This document shows, in pieces, positions 42,009-53,082 of a DNA stretch of 64,000 nucleotides (its first letter is position 1; each line of letters begins with the position of its first letter). Source of the DNA: Obrimoposthia wandeli (lineage: Eukaryota). Position numbers and translations under genes: made by a program. The stretch spans positions 1-64,000 of the forward strand of contig CDROCS010000985.1 in NCBI GenBank assembly GCA_977020255.1, read 5' to 3'. The notes beneath the pieces are model-generated. The model worked only from the letters and a program-made list of their open reading frames with translations. It did not search any database and had not been told where the DNA came from.

Positions 42009-43265
42009 GTGAAGAAAATGAAACATTTAAAACTATTCAAATCATCGCTAATTGCTTTGGCACTAGCAAGCTCATCTGCAAGTTTTGCAGAAAGCTTTGC
42101 CATTACACATGCGACTATACACACAGTAACGGCTCAAGGCGTACTTGAAGATGCCACCGTAGTGATTGAAGATGGTAAAGTCATTGCTATTAATCCTGCA
42201 ACGATAGTGGCTGACACCATTATTGACGCACAAGGTAAAATTTTGACCCCTGGTTTAATTGGTTCCATGAATCAATTAGGTTTAGTAGAAGTTGGCGCCG
42301 TATCACGTAGCCGTGATGCTGGTGATGAAAAAGCAGATATAACTTTTGATGCAAGTTTGGCTTTTAATCCACGCTCTACGGTTATTCCTTATAGTCGTAA
42401 AGGCGGTATTACTAGTAATGTTGTAGCCCCTCATGGCGGCGACGATATGTTTAAAGGTCAAACGTTTGTTGCGGATCTTTCGGGAGAGTTTGATAGTGTA
42501 CGCGTAAGTAATAACAACGTTGTTATTGATTTAGGTGCTAAGAGCAAAGGTTCACGTGCTCTAGCTTTACAAAAATTACAGGTTGAGCTTGAAGATGCTA
42601 CGAAACAATTAGCGAAGGCGAAAACAGCTAAAGAAAAGAAAGAAGCAAAAGAGCCAAGTCGTCAAGCGCAAGTGATAAACGCGTTACTAAGCGGTGATAA
42701 AGCGCTAGTTGCTTATGCTGACCGAGCCACCGATTTATTGGTATTACTGCAACTTAAAAAACAATTCTCATTAGATTTAGTACTCGTTGGTGCCGCTGAT
42801 GCGGTCTTAATTGCCAATGAAATTGCCGAAGCTAAGGTGCCGGTTGTGATGGCGGCATTAGATAATTTACCGGGTAGTTTTGATTCTTTGCATGCGTCGT
42901 TAAAAAATGCAGCAAAACTAACCGCTGCAGGTATTGATGTTGTACTTACGGTTGATGGTGATACCCATAACCTTTACCAACTTAGGTTTCATGCTGGTAA
43001 TGCAATCGCTAATGGTTTATCACGAGATGCGGCATTAGCATCGGTTACTGCCAATGTTGCTGAAGCTTTTAATCTCGATAGTGGCACCATTGCCGTCGGT
43101 AAAACAGCAGATTTAGTGTTGTGGAGCGCAGATCCTTTTGAACTGAGCACTAAAGTTGAACACATTTGGATTGCGGGTAAAGAGTACTCAACTAAAAGCC
43201 GTCAGGATGCGTTGCGTGATCGTTACACAAGCGAAAGTGATATGCCTAAATCTTACATAAAGTAA
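42009..43265 (+). CDS. Secreted amidohydrolase-fold protein lacking the HxH motif
   Basis: Signal peptide; PGLIGSMNQ replaces PGxxDxHxH; G.IAVGK.ADLVLW. Confidence 0.85.
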   Translation: MKKMKHLKLFKSSLIALALASSSASFAESFAITHATIHTVTAQGVLEDATVVIEDGKVIAINPATIVADTIIDAQGKILTPGLIGSMNQLGLVEVGAVSRSRDAGDEKADITFDASLAFNPRSTVIPYSRKGGITSNVVAPHGGDDMFKGQTFVADLSGEFDSVRVSNNNVVIDLGAKSKGSRALALQKLQVELEDATKQLAKAKTAKEKKEAKEPSRQAQVINALLSGDKALVAYADRATDLLVLLQLKKQFSLDLVLVGAADAVLIANEIAEAKVPVVMAALDNLPGSFDSLHASLKNAAKLTAAGIDVVLTVDGDTHNLYQLRFHAGNAIANGLSRDAALASVTANVAEAFNLDSGTIAVGKTADLVLWSADPFELSTKVEHIWIAGKEYSTKSRQDALRDRYTSESDMPKSYIK

Positions 43266-43293
43266 GTTATTAGCGGTAAATAAAGCAAATAAA

Positions 43294-43319
43294 TAGCCAC
43301 GTTAATTCGTGGCTTTTTT
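43294..43319 (+). terminator. Rho-independent terminator
   Basis: AGCCACG-ttaatt-CGTGGCTTTTTT. Confidence 0.75.
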
Positions 43320-43462
43320 ATTTCAAAACTTGAAAGTCGTTAGGAATACTTTAACGCTTTCATCCATGAGGTTAATTACCTAAAATGTGATTAATCAAAT
43401 TGGTATAATAACGGTGCAACCTTTGTAGTTGGCGCCATAATGTTAAAGAGGTAGAGATAAGT

Positions 43463-44356
43463 TTGATGTTAAAAATATTGCTAGAAAATGAATTCGGTCG
43501 TGTGGAATTGTTTGAACTTGCCGAAGGATTACAAGCTTTGCGCTTTATTCATCAAAAGGGCGAGGGTAGCGTTAGCTTATACGGCGGGCAAGTATTTGAT
43601 TGGCAGCCAGTAGGCCAAAAACCTGTGTTTTGGCTTAGTCATGATAGTCAATATAACTTAGGTACTGCTATTAGAGGCGGTGTACCACTATGCTGGCCCT
43701 GGTTTGGCGGTGAAGTTAAACTCGCTAACGGCAATATTATTAAAGCGAAAAATCATGGTTTTGCTCGACAGAGCCAATGGCAACTTGCCGATATGAAAAT
43801 GACCTCGGATAATGTTGAAATAACCTTATTATTAGATGGTGAGCTGCTTTCACCTCATTGGCCGGCGGCTTTTAAATTAACGCAAACGCTCATTTTTAAC
43901 GAAACATTTGCGCAAACCTTAACAATGCAAAACTTGTCTGAACAATCAGTTGCTTATACGGGCGCTTTGCATAGTTATTTATGTGTAGGTGACCCACAAA
44001 AAACCGAAGTACCGGCTTTAAACGATGTAACTTACGACGATAAAATTTCTGCTGTTGATGGCCTGAAATCACCATTAAATAATTGTTCTGGTCCTATTGA
44101 TCGTATTTATCATAGTGACGAACACATGGTTATTATTGATCACGAATGGCAACGAGAGCTTGAGATACGCAGTGAGGGTTGCCAACAATGGGTATTATGG
44201 AACCCTGGATCAGACGCTCAAGCGATGAGTGATGTACATGCACACGGCGAAAATGAATTTATTTGCTTAGAAGCTGCAAATACTTGTTGGCAAAGTATTG
44301 AGAGCCAAGCGAGTGTTAGTATCAGCCAAACGATCACACTCCATAATAAAGGTTAA
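43463..44356 (+). CDS. D-hexose-6-phosphate mutarotase (YeaD-like)
   Basis: IRGGVPLCWPWFG, HGFAR, ALHSY, WNPG, FICLEAA. Confidence 0.88.
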   Translation: MMLKILLENEFGRVELFELAEGLQALRFIHQKGEGSVSLYGGQVFDWQPVGQKPVFWLSHDSQYNLGTAIRGGVPLCWPWFGGEVKLANGNIIKAKNHGFARQSQWQLADMKMTSDNVEITLLLDGELLSPHWPAAFKLTQTLIFNETFAQTLTMQNLSEQSVAYTGALHSYLCVGDPQKTEVPALNDVTYDDKISAVDGLKSPLNNCSGPIDRIYHSDEHMVIIDHEWQRELEIRSEGCQQWVLWNPGSDAQAMSDVHAHGENEFICLEAANTCWQSIESQASVSISQTITLHNKG

Positions 44357-44450
44357 AAAAGTGATAAGCGTTAAAAAGTGTTTACAATGGCATTTTTTAA
44401 CGCTTCAACACCTTTAAGTCCTGGCCTGTAAGCCAAATATAGCCAGTAGT

Positions 44451-44490
44451 AATTATCAGCAATTATCAGCAATTATCAGTAATCATTAGT
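44451..44490. repeat. 10-bp tandem repeat (AATTATCAGC) x3 plus one degenerate copy
   Basis: AATTATCAGC AATTATCAGC AATTATCAGT AATCATTAGT between convergent genes. Confidence 0.7.
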
Positions 44491-44510
44491 AATAAGCTTT
44501 AGTTACTCGT

Positions 44511-45947
44511 TTAATTGAAAATAACACTTTGATTTCTGCCATTACTTTTAGCTTCGTATAATGCTTTATCTGCGCACTCTATATAACTTTCAATGGTGGT
44601 ATTTGCGAGAGGCTTCTGACAAATACCAAAACTAATCGTTGTTGAAAAAGTACCACTAGTTGACGATATTGGGAAAGAAATAGCCGCAATATTATTCCTA
44701 ATACGTTCGACAATAACATGGGCTTGTTGCGCGCTTGTTTCTGGCAGCAGCATAACAAATTCTTCTCCACCCCAACGACCAACCACATCAATTTTTCGCA
44801 GTGTTAATGATAATTGCTCTGAGATAATACGTAAAACATCGTCACCGACTAAATGTCCGTAAGTATCATTAACCTGTTTAAAATTATCGATATCTGCTAA
44901 AACAACACAAAGGTTTCTATTACTTTTGGCTAATTCATCGAAGCGTGAATGAATATGACTACGATTGGGGAGTTGCGTTAAATAGTCAGTTTCCGAGTGT
45001 CTAATTAAACGTGATTTTAAATAATTAATGATATTTAAAAGTATCAAATAGAAAATGATGGCAATAAAGAAAAATAGTAAGAAGCGACTAATAAATATTT
45101 TCCAATATTCACTTTGTTCTGAAGCGGGTGGTGAAACAATAAACATGCGCCACTCTAACTCTTGAATAGGCATTTGAGATATTAATAAACCGCTTTTAGT
45201 GGTGTACATAACTTCGGTACTTAGGTTTTTATCTGTGCCATTATTCGCGACTAAAGATTGGTGCCAAGGTAAATCATGTAAACGGGTCATGAGCGCTTTT
45301 CGGTGATGACTTTCCGATTTCATCATTTTATTAGACGACAGTGTAATGACATTATTTTTATCAACAAAATATAATTCGAAACCAAAGCGATCACTATATT
45401 CTTGAAACTTACTGCTAAAATAATTGAGATCAATAGCAACGCCAGTAAAACCAATAAATTTACCATTTTTATTGAAAATTCGATTATCAAAATATAAATG
45501 TGGATCGTCTGCGTTACCTATATCAGTAAACTGATCGCCAGGTAAGTCTTTAATTCGATGAAACCACTCAGCGTCTTCACTGCTTAACATCACTTCTTTG
45601 CCGTTAGAGTCAAGCATAATGTAGTGATCTTCTAATGCCAAGAACGCTAGCATATTATATGAGGTGGATATTTTATTTAGATAAGCAGTAAGGTGTTTTT
45701 TATCTATACTGTCTTGGCTGACATAATCGAGCACAAATTGATTATGCGCCATAAAGCTGGCGACATTTAATGGTCGAAGTATTTCGCTAGTGACTAAGGA
45801 AAATAATGGGGTAATAGCACTTTGTACTTGTTTATTATGATTATTTATTACATCTTTTAATGTTAGATATGATGCCAAAATAACCGTAACAATAGTAACG
45901 AAAAATATTACAGCGATGTAGCGATCAAATTTATTGCCCAACTTCAT
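44511..45947 (-). CDS. Sensor (Cache-like) diguanylate cyclase
   Basis: Two TM segments, DIDNFKQVNDTYGH, RKID I-site, GGEEF. Confidence 0.92.
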   Translation of the reverse strand: MKLGNKFDRYIAVIFFVTIVTVILASYLTLKDVINNHNKQVQSAITPLFSLVTSEILRPLNVASFMAHNQFVLDYVSQDSIDKKHLTAYLNKISTSYNMLAFLALEDHYIMLDSNGKEVMLSSEDAEWFHRIKDLPGDQFTDIGNADDPHLYFDNRIFNKNGKFIGFTGVAIDLNYFSSKFQEYSDRFGFELYFVDKNNVITLSSNKMMKSESHHRKALMTRLHDLPWHQSLVANNGTDKNLSTEVMYTTKSGLLISQMPIQELEWRMFIVSPPASEQSEYWKIFISRFLLFFFIAIIFYLILLNIINYLKSRLIRHSETDYLTQLPNRSHIHSRFDELAKSNRNLCVVLADIDNFKQVNDTYGHLVGDDVLRIISEQLSLTLRKIDVVGRWGGEEFVMLLPETSAQQAHVIVERIRNNIAAISFPISSTSGTFSTTISFGICQKPLANTTIESYIECADKALYEAKSNGRNQSVIFN

Positions 45948-46073
45948 AAATGTATAATTGTTCCAAACCTTAACATAATCTAATTTATAACGCGGTTAAT
46001 CAATTTTAGCTATTATTTTATTTTTTATAGCACTGGTTTGACCTTTTTGAATGTTTTAGCATCAAATAGGTTG

Positions 46074-46790
46074 CTAACTTATCCGCAAATACTTATTTAA
46101 CAGGGCTTGTGTAAAGCTTGTTTTTAAATAAAAACCTCGTGGTAAGGTCATAAACGGCTGACCTAGGCGATTAAAAGCTTGAGTTTTAGCTTGGCTATTT
46201 GCCGCTTTAGGACGAAGTTGCAATACTTGGCCATGTTTGCCATTAATGTTTTCAACATTGCCGAGCACGATCATATCCGTGAGTTCTTGCCAGTCGAGCG
46301 CTAGTAAGTGCTCTTCTTCTGCAGACGGAGACCAAATAAATGCCGTGCCAATAATACGTTCAGCTATCGGGATAGTACGCTCAGAGACCACAGGCACCCA
46401 TAAAACCTTGGCAAGCTTATTACGAATATGACTGGTTTGCCATTGAGCGCCAACTAGTCCGGTTAAGGGAGCGACACAAACAAATGTTGTCTCTAATGGT
46501 TTACCTTGATAATTAATGGGTAAGGATTTTAATTCAATACCCAAATGTGGAAAATCAGGCACAGGTCGAGAACCGGCACTAGCACCTAACACTTGCTCTA
46601 ATAATAAGCCTATCCAGCCTTTTTCACGTTTTAAATCTTTGGGAACAACCACATTAATAGACTCAGCCACTTCGCCAAGTGTCATGCCGGCAAGGTCTTG
46701 TGCTCTTTCTAGCAATTCCGCTTCGTTTTTAGGGCTTGTTCCGATACTCAACACTGGCTCATTCATCAATTTTGTTTTGCTTATTATCAA
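46074..46790 (-). CDS. mutH: DNA mismatch repair endonuclease MutH
   Basis: KGWIG.LLE, PDF...[14 protein letters not shown]; divergent from rppH. Confidence 0.96.
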   Translation of the reverse strand: MIISKTKLMNEPVLSIGTSPKNEAELLERAQDLAGMTLGEVAESINVVVPKDLKREKGWIGLLLEQVLGASAGSRPVPDFPHLGIELKSLPINYQGKPLETTFVCVAPLTGLVGAQWQTSHIRNKLAKVLWVPVVSERTIPIAERIIGTAFIWSPSAEEEHLLALDWQELTDMIVLGNVENINGKHGQVLQLRPKAANSQAKTQAFNRLGQPFMTLPRGFYLKTSFTQALLNKYLRIS

Positions 46791-46967
46791 TCAGCTATAA
46801 GGTTTTGAGCAAGGCAATTATTTTCTGTCTTTTTCTTAATCGCTAAAATGTTATGAGTAAACAATCGCTAATCGATAGTATTCGGTCGGTTTCTATCAAT
46901 AAGTGTTTGCCCAAAAGTGCAGAATGTGGAAGAATCAAAGCATTATTTAATGCTGTCAGGAGTTCCT

Positions 46968-47474
46968 TTGATAGATGCCGAAGGCTATCGAGCCAATGTC
47001 GGCATAGTAATAATCAATGATGGGGGACAAGTATTTTGGGCAAGGCGTTTTGGTCAGCATTCTTGGCAATATCCACAAGGTGGAGTTGATGAGGGTGAAT
47101 CTGCAGAGCAAACTATGTATCGGGAATTAGACGAGGAAGTCGGTTTAAAACCTGAACATGTTAAAATTGTAGCAACCACTAAGCATTGGTTAAGATATAA
47201 ATTACCAAAAAGGTTAATTAGACACGAAAGTTTACCCGTTTGTATTGGTCAAAAGCAGAAATGGTTTTTACTGAAACTAACGGCACCAGAATCAGCGGTT
47301 GATTTATTACACTCTAATCATCCTGAGTTTGATGACTGGCGTTGGGTGTCTTATTGGTATCCAGTAAGGCAAGTGGTGTCGTTTAAACGTGAAGTTTATC
47401 GCAAGGTGATGAAAGAATTTGCTTTAGCTGCAATGCCGAGTTATCGCCAAGAACGTCGCCGCCGTCGTGCTTAA
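46968..47474 (+). CDS. rppH: RNA pyrophosphohydrolase
   Basis: [12 protein letters not shown], Nudix box QGGVDEGE...[17 protein letters not shown]; GGAG before TTG 46968. Confidence 0.96.
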   Translation: MIDAEGYRANVGIVIINDGGQVFWARRFGQHSWQYPQGGVDEGESAEQTMYRELDEEVGLKPEHVKIVATTKHWLRYKLPKRLIRHESLPVCIGQKQKWFLLKLTAPESAVDLLHSNHPEFDDWRWVSYWYPVRQVVSFKREVYRKVMKEFALAAMPSYRQERRRRRA

Positions 47475-47507
47475 TTGTTATTACCTTAGATTATTGTTAT
47501 GTCTTGT

Positions 47508-47534
47508 AAAATAGCTCACTTCGGTGAGCTATTT
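47508..47534 (+). terminator. Stable hairpin with UUCG loop after rppH
   Basis: AAATAGCTCAC-ttcg-GTGAGCTATTT. Confidence 0.65.
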
Positions 47535-47802
47535 AGTTTAAAATTGTTGGTCAGCATTTTACTTCGCATTAACCCGTTTGGCCTGGTGTTAACTTGTGTT
47601 AACTCACCATGAGTTAAAACAGAGTTAACTCAGAAGAGGCCAACTATGAAATGGTTAAATCAATAATACAAGTGCAGTCACGGATGAGACACTTACTTTG
47701 AATGTTATAGGTTATTAAATACTATAGGTTGTTTGATATTATAGGTAGCTAAGTATTGTCGCTTATTGAATGCACCAGTAAAAATAAATTATAGGGATTA
47801 TA

Positions 47803-50082
47803 ATGCTTCCGGTTTTACGTCGAATTGTTTTAGAATTCAGCCAAACTTCCGAGCTGGATCAAGCTTTACTTCGCTTAGTGTCTCAGGTGAAAGAGGCATT
47901 AGCGACTCAATGCTGCTCAGTATATTTAGCTGATCATAATAAGCAGCATTTTCTTCTGATGGCATCTAACGGTTTAGCACAACCATCTTTTGGTCGCACG
48001 AGTGTTGGTTTTACTGAAGGTCTTGTTGGCTTGGTTGGGCAACGTGAAGAGCCGATAAACATTGCTAATGCTCAACATCACCCTGATTATATTCATGCAC
48101 CTGAAGTTGAAGAAGATAGTTTTAAAGCCTTCTTAGGCACGCCGATTATTCATCAACGCAAAGTTTTAGGTATATTGACTGTTCAACAAAAGCACGCCCG
48201 TGTTTTTAATGAGCATGAAGAAGCATTTCTCGTCACCTTATCCGCACAATTAGCTACAGTAATCGCCGGTATTGAAGCGCAAGGTCTGATTGAGCTCTAT
48301 CATGGTAATCAAAGCTTTGCTAAGCATCATAAAGGTATCGGTGGTGCGCCAGGTATCGCTATTGGTGAGATGATTGTGGTGCATCCTAAAGCAGATTTAT
48401 CGACTATTGCTGTTAATAAGGTTCACGACGCTGAACAGCAGTTAATTACTTTTGATAATGCTGTGCGTCGAACATTTGCTGAATTTTCCGAAATGAGTGA
48501 AAAGCTCAAAAAAATAATTTCAGACAGTAGTCTTGATATTTTTGATGTTTACAAACAATTACTTGATAGTGATAATTTTAAAACTGAAGTGATGACAAAA
48601 ATTGATCAAGGCTGGAATGCTGAAAGTGCTTTGAAATTAATTGTCGACGGCTATGTGGTGAAATTTGAAGCCTTAGACGACGAATATTTACGTGAACGTG
48701 CCTACGATATTAAAGATTTAGGCAATCGATTATTAAATAACATTCAAAACTTGGCTGAACGCGATCAAAAACTACCTGAGCAATTTATTTTGGTGGCAGA
48801 AGATGTCAGCGCCACTATGTTGGCAGAGTATCAACATTTGGGCTTATTAGGTATTGTTTCGCTATCGGGTTCGAATAATTCTCATACCGCTATTTTAGCT
48901 AAAGCATTAAATATTCCAGCTATTATGGGCGGTGACTTTCTTACTATCCGCCAATTACATCAAAAAAAAGCTATTTTGGATGGCTACGGCTATCAACTTT
49001 ATGTCACACCAGGCGATGCACTAATCAGTGAATATCGTCACATTTTAGCCGTAGAAGAAGAACTACAAGCACAAGTCAACGAAGTTGAGCATTTATCTGC
49101 AGAAACCAAAGATGGCCATATCATGAGTTTATTGGTCAATGCCGGTTTGTCATCTGGCTTTGAATATTCAAAAAGTGTTGGTGCCGATGGCGTAGGTTTA
49201 TATCGTACCGAAATTCCGTTTATGAATCGCAGTTGTTTTCCATCAGAAACGGAGCAGACGGCGTTGTATCGTCAGGTCTTAATGTCATTTGCAGGTAAGC
49301 CGGTCACAATGCGAACGTTAGATGTTGGTGGTGATAAATCACTACCTTACTTTCCTATTATCGAAGCCAATCCTTTTCTAGGTTGGCGTGGTATTCGGAT
49401 CACGCTTGATCATCCTGAAATATTCTTAATACAAATACGCGCTATGCTTAGAGCAAATTTTGGCTTAGGTAATTTAGCTATTATGTTACCGATGATTTCG
49501 AGCATGACTGAGGTCGACGACGCCATTAGGCTGATTAATCAAGCCTATTATGAAATCTCATCTGAGTTGTCTCATAATGAACGTGACAGATTAGTCAAAC
49601 CTAAAGTTGGTGTGATGATTGAAGTACCTAGTGTTATTTTTCAGCTAGAAGATTTGGCTGAAAAAGTCGACTTTTTTTCGGTGGGAAGTAATGACCTAAC
49701 GCAATATTTATTAGCGGTTGATCGTAATAATAGCCGCGTGGCCAGCTTATATGATTTTTATCATCCGGCGGTTTTACGCGCACTGCACTACATTGCACAA
49801 AAAAGCCAAGCGCAGCACATGCCATTGAGTATTTGTGGCGAATTGGCGAATGAGCCCACGGGTGCATTATTGTTAATGGCGATGGGCTATAAAAATTTAA
49901 GTATGAGCGCGCATAGTTTAGCCAAGATAAAATGGGTTGTTCGACATGTTGAGTATCACCAACTACATAAAATGTTAACAACGGTATTGAGTCTAAAAGA
50001 CACCGCAAATGTTCACCGCTATATGCATGAGCAGTTAATAAAACTAGGTTTAGGGGATTTTGCTCATGCGAAATTGCAGTAA
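47803..50082 (+). CDS. ptsP: PEP-protein phosphotransferase EI(Ntr)
   Basis: N-terminal GAF domain, NSHTAILA, GLYRTE, NPFLGWRG, SVGSNDL. Confidence 0.96.
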   Translation: MLPVLRRIVLEFSQTSELDQALLRLVSQVKEALATQCCSVYLADHNKQHFLLMASNGLAQPSFGRTSVGFTEGLVGLVGQREEPINIANAQHHPDYIHAPEVEEDSFKAFLGTPIIHQRKVLGILTVQQKHARVFNEHEEAFLVTLSAQLATVIAGIEAQGLIELYHGNQSFAKHHKGIGGAPGIAIGEMIVVHPKADLSTIAVNKVHDAEQQLITFDNAVRRTFAEFSEMSEKLKKIISDSSLDIFDVYKQLLDSDNFKTEVMTKIDQGWNAESALKLIVDGYVVKFEALDDEYLRERAYDIKDLGNRLLNNIQNLAERDQKLPEQFILVAEDVSATMLAEYQHLGLLGIVSLSGSNNSHTAILAKALNIPAIMGGDFLTIRQLHQKKAILDGYGYQLYVTPGDALISEYRHILAVEEELQAQVNEVEHLSAETKDGHIMSLLVNAGLSSGFEYSKSVGADGVGLYRTEIPFMNRSCFPSETEQTALYRQVLMSFAGKPVTMRTLDVGGDKSLPYFPIIEANPFLGWRGIRITLDHPEIFLIQIRAMLRANFGLGNLAIMLPMISSMTEVDDAIRLINQAYYEISSELSHNERDRLVKPKVGVMIEVPSVIFQLEDLAEKVDFFSVGSNDLTQYLLAVDRNNSRVASLYDFYHPAVLRALHYIAQKSQAQHMPLSICGELANEPTGALLLMAMGYKNLSMSAHSLAKIKWVVRHVEYHQLHKMLTTVLSLKDTANVHRYMHEQLIKLGLGDFAHAKLQ

Positions 50083-50204
50083 AAAAAGTTTAATGTTTTT
50101 TATTTTATTTAGTGACGATGCTAGCGATTACTTTACGCCTAGCCTTAACTTTAATTCGAGCTTAATTTTACAGTCAAGTGAACGAAGTTTTTCAAGCAAG
50201 CTAA

Positions 50205-51008
50205 GTGGTATACATGTTTACTAGTGTCTTTATCGCTTGTGCTTTACTAGGCGCCATTGTTGGTTTTTTTGCTGGTTTACTTGGTATTGGTGGCGGGCTG
50301 ATTATTGTCCCGGTATTAGTTTATTTATTACCTTTACTGGGCATCAGTGCTGAATTGGCTTTCCCTATGGCATTAGCGACTTCACTAGCTTCGATAATCT
50401 TCACTTCTTCTTCTGCGGCTTTTGCACATCATAAAAACGGTAATATTCCTTGGAAAATAGCAAAAAAATTAGTCGTCTCGGTAGCCATTGGTGCTTTACT
50501 CGGTGCGGTTATTGCGGGCATGCTGTCGTTAAAAGCGTTAACGATTATATTTGCCAGTGCAGTACTGATACTGGCTGCTTACATGTTTTTGTCGATTAAA
50601 GTTCAGCGCAGTGTCGCATTACCTACTCGTTGGGGCTTGCAAGGTATTGGCTTATTTACTGGTGTGTTAGCAAGCTTAATGGGCATTGCTGGCGGGGCGA
50701 TATTAGTGCCTATTTTAATGTATTGCTCATTATCGATGCGCCAAGCCATTGGTGTTGCAACAGCTAGTGGCATTATTGTCGCGTTTTTTGGTGCTTTAGG
50801 CTACGTTATTATTGGTTTTGGGCAAGGCGACCTTCCGCCGTGGAGTATTGGTTATATCTATTTACCCGCTTTATTAGGTATCGTGCTGACATCATCGTTG
50901 TTTGCGCCCTTAGGGGTAAAAGCAGGCGCTAAATTGCCTTTATCTTATATGAAAAAAGGCTTTGCGTTGTTTTTAATACTAGTCGCCTTCAAAATGATCT
51001 GCTATTAA
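50205..51008 (+). CDS. Sulfite exporter TauE/SafE family protein
   Basis: GLLGIGGG and GIAGG motifs; polytopic. Start may be ATG 50214. Confidence 0.88.
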   Translation: MVYMFTSVFIACALLGAIVGFFAGLLGIGGGLIIVPVLVYLLPLLGISAELAFPMALATSLASIIFTSSSAAFAHHKNGNIPWKIAKKLVVSVAIGALLGAVIAGMLSLKALTIIFASAVLILAAYMFLSIKVQRSVALPTRWGLQGIGLFTGVLASLMGIAGGAILVPILMYCSLSMRQAIGVATASGIIVAFFGALGYVIIGFGQGDLPPWSIGYIYLPALLGIVLTSSLFAPLGVKAGAKLPLSYMKKGFALFLILVAFKMICY

Positions 51009-51202
51009 GTCATTTTGGTATTTTTAGCGAGATAACTTTGCCTAGTTGTCGATAATTAGGCATAATTTTGTCGACAGCATTCAGGGATTAAAACACTCGA
51101 TGCTGATAATACATTTATACTGCAGCCAGTGGTTGAATTTAGTGCAATAGTATTGATACCTTGGCGCAATCTACTCGAATAAATAACCTTGAAGGAAACC
51201 CT

Positions 51203-52036
51203 GTGAAAGCATATCTTGATTTAATGCGACATGTTAGAGACGAAGGGATTGAAAAGTCTGATCGTACTGGCACCGGCACTAAAAGTATTTTTGGTCATCA
51301 AATGCGTTTTGATCTTGCCAAGGGCTTCCCATTAGTCACCACAAAAAAGTGTCATCTTAAATCGATAATTCATGAGTTATTATGGTTTATTAAAGGTGAG
51401 TCGAACATTGCTTACTTAAAAGAAAATGGCGTAAAAATCTGGGATGATTGGGCTACTGAAGAGGGTGAGCTTGGCCCTGTTTATGGCGTGCAATGGCGTA
51501 ATTGGCCCGCTCAAAATGGCGAAACCATTGATCAATTAGCCCAACTTATCGACGACTTAAAAAATAATCCAGACTCACGTCGCCACATAATTACCGCTTG
51601 GAATCCGGCTTTACTGCCAGATACTTCAATCAGTCCGACAGCGAATGCGGCACTAGGCAAACAAGCTTTACCGCCATGTCATACCTTATTTCAGTTTTAC
51701 GTTTTAAACGGTAAATTAAGTTGTCAGTTATACCAACGCAGTGCTGACATATTTCTCGGTGTGCCCTTTAATATTGCTAGCTACGCATTATTTACCATGA
51801 TGATTGCACAAGTTTGTGATTTAGAAATGGGTGATTTTGTACATACCTTTGGTGATGCACACCTATACTTAAACCACCTTGAACAGGTTGATGAGCAATT
51901 ATCACGTGAGCCTTTGCCATTACCTACTATGTGGATTAACCCAGAAGTAAAAAGTATTTTTGATTTTACTTTTGAAGATTTTGAGTTACAAAATTATCAA
52001 GCACATCCTCATATTAAAGCTGCTATATCGGTATGA
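51203..52036 (+). CDS. thyA: Thymidylate synthase
   Basis: DRTGTGT, ALPPCH, YQRSAD, FNIASY; likely GTG at 51203. Confidence 0.97.
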   Translation: MKAYLDLMRHVRDEGIEKSDRTGTGTKSIFGHQMRFDLAKGFPLVTTKKCHLKSIIHELLWFIKGESNIAYLKENGVKIWDDWATEEGELGPVYGVQWRNWPAQNGETIDQLAQLIDDLKNNPDSRRHIITAWNPALLPDTSISPTANAALGKQALPPCHTLFQFYVLNGKLSCQLYQRSADIFLGVPFNIASYALFTMMIAQVCDLEMGDFVHTFGDAHLYLNHLEQVDEQLSREPLPLPTMWINPEVKSIFDFTFEDFELQNYQAHPHIKAAISV

Positions 52037-52296
52037 TTTTATTGATGTAAAGCTAAAGTGTTGAATATGAAAAAGTAAACCAATAGGTTAATGCCGTTCA
52101 CTTAAGGTGCTCGGCATTTTTGGTACTGCTTTTTTGATCGGATATCTATTTTAAGTGCACTTTAATGCCAGAGGGTATTTCCTTCCTCTTCTCGATGGCA
52201 AGATATCACACGCCTGAACTTGACTGCCTATTTTTCTTAAGCCTTCATTAAGCTCTCATTGAATGAAGAGCAGCATTTAACCCATTGACATTACGG

Positions 52297-53082
52297 TTAT
52301 CGATGCAAAAGTTGAAAGCGTTGACTCATAATGAGCTTTTTGGTGTATTTATGTTTTGGTTTTTGCAATATTTCAGCTGTTTTACCAAATTCTAAAACTT
52401 TACCATTACATAGCACCATCATTTCGTCACTGAAGTGCCTGACAATACCTAAATTATGAGAAATCAATATAAAAGCTAAACCCATCTGCTGTTGCAAATC
52501 TAACAGCAAATTAATCATCTGAGAGCGCAGGGAAGGATCGAGTGATGCTAAGGCTTCATCAAGAATGATGACTTTGGGTTTTAATATAATGGCCCTAGCG
52601 AGAGAAATACGCTGTTTTTGACCCCCTGAAAACATATGGGGATAAAAACTCATGTGTTCAGCTAACAAACCAACCTTTTGCAATGTTTCTCGAATCAACT
52701 GGTGACGTTCTAATTCGTCTAGGTTGGTGTTAAGTTGCAGTGGCTCGTCTAAGAGTTGTTCTATTGTTAAACTCGGGTTTAAAGTGGTACCAGAATCTTG
52801 AAAAATCATGCGGACATGCTGGCAGCGCTGTTTAAAATCTCCGGGCGTAAACATTTCGCCATTTAAGCGAATATGGCCAGTTGTTGGCAATTCAGCACCG
52901 ACTAATAATCTGGCTAATGTCGACTTTCCAGAGCCTGTTTCACCGACAATCGCTAAAGTTTTATGGGGCATAATATCAAAAGATACGGGGTCTAAAGCCG
53001 CAACGCATTTACGATTGAACCAGTAATTTCTGTCTTTATAGGTCTTACTCAGGTTGATCACCTGCAATAACACATGACTCAC
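52297..53082 (-). CDS. sapF: Peptide ABC transporter ATP-binding protein
   Basis: GETGSGKS, FSGGQKQR; last gene of the sap operon. Confidence 0.88.
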   Translation of the reverse strand: MSHVLLQVINLSKTYKDRNYWFNRKCVAALDPVSFDIMPHKTLAIVGETGSGKSTLARLLVGAELPTTGHIRLNGEMFTPGDFKQRCQHVRMIFQDSGTTLNPSLTIEQLLDEPLQLNTNLDELERHQLIRETLQKVGLLAEHMSFYPHMFSGGQKQRISLARAIILKPKVIILDEALASLDPSLRSQMINLLLDLQQQMGLAFILISHNLGIVRHFSDEMMVLCNGKVLEFGKTAEILQKPKHKYTKKLIMSQRFQLLHR

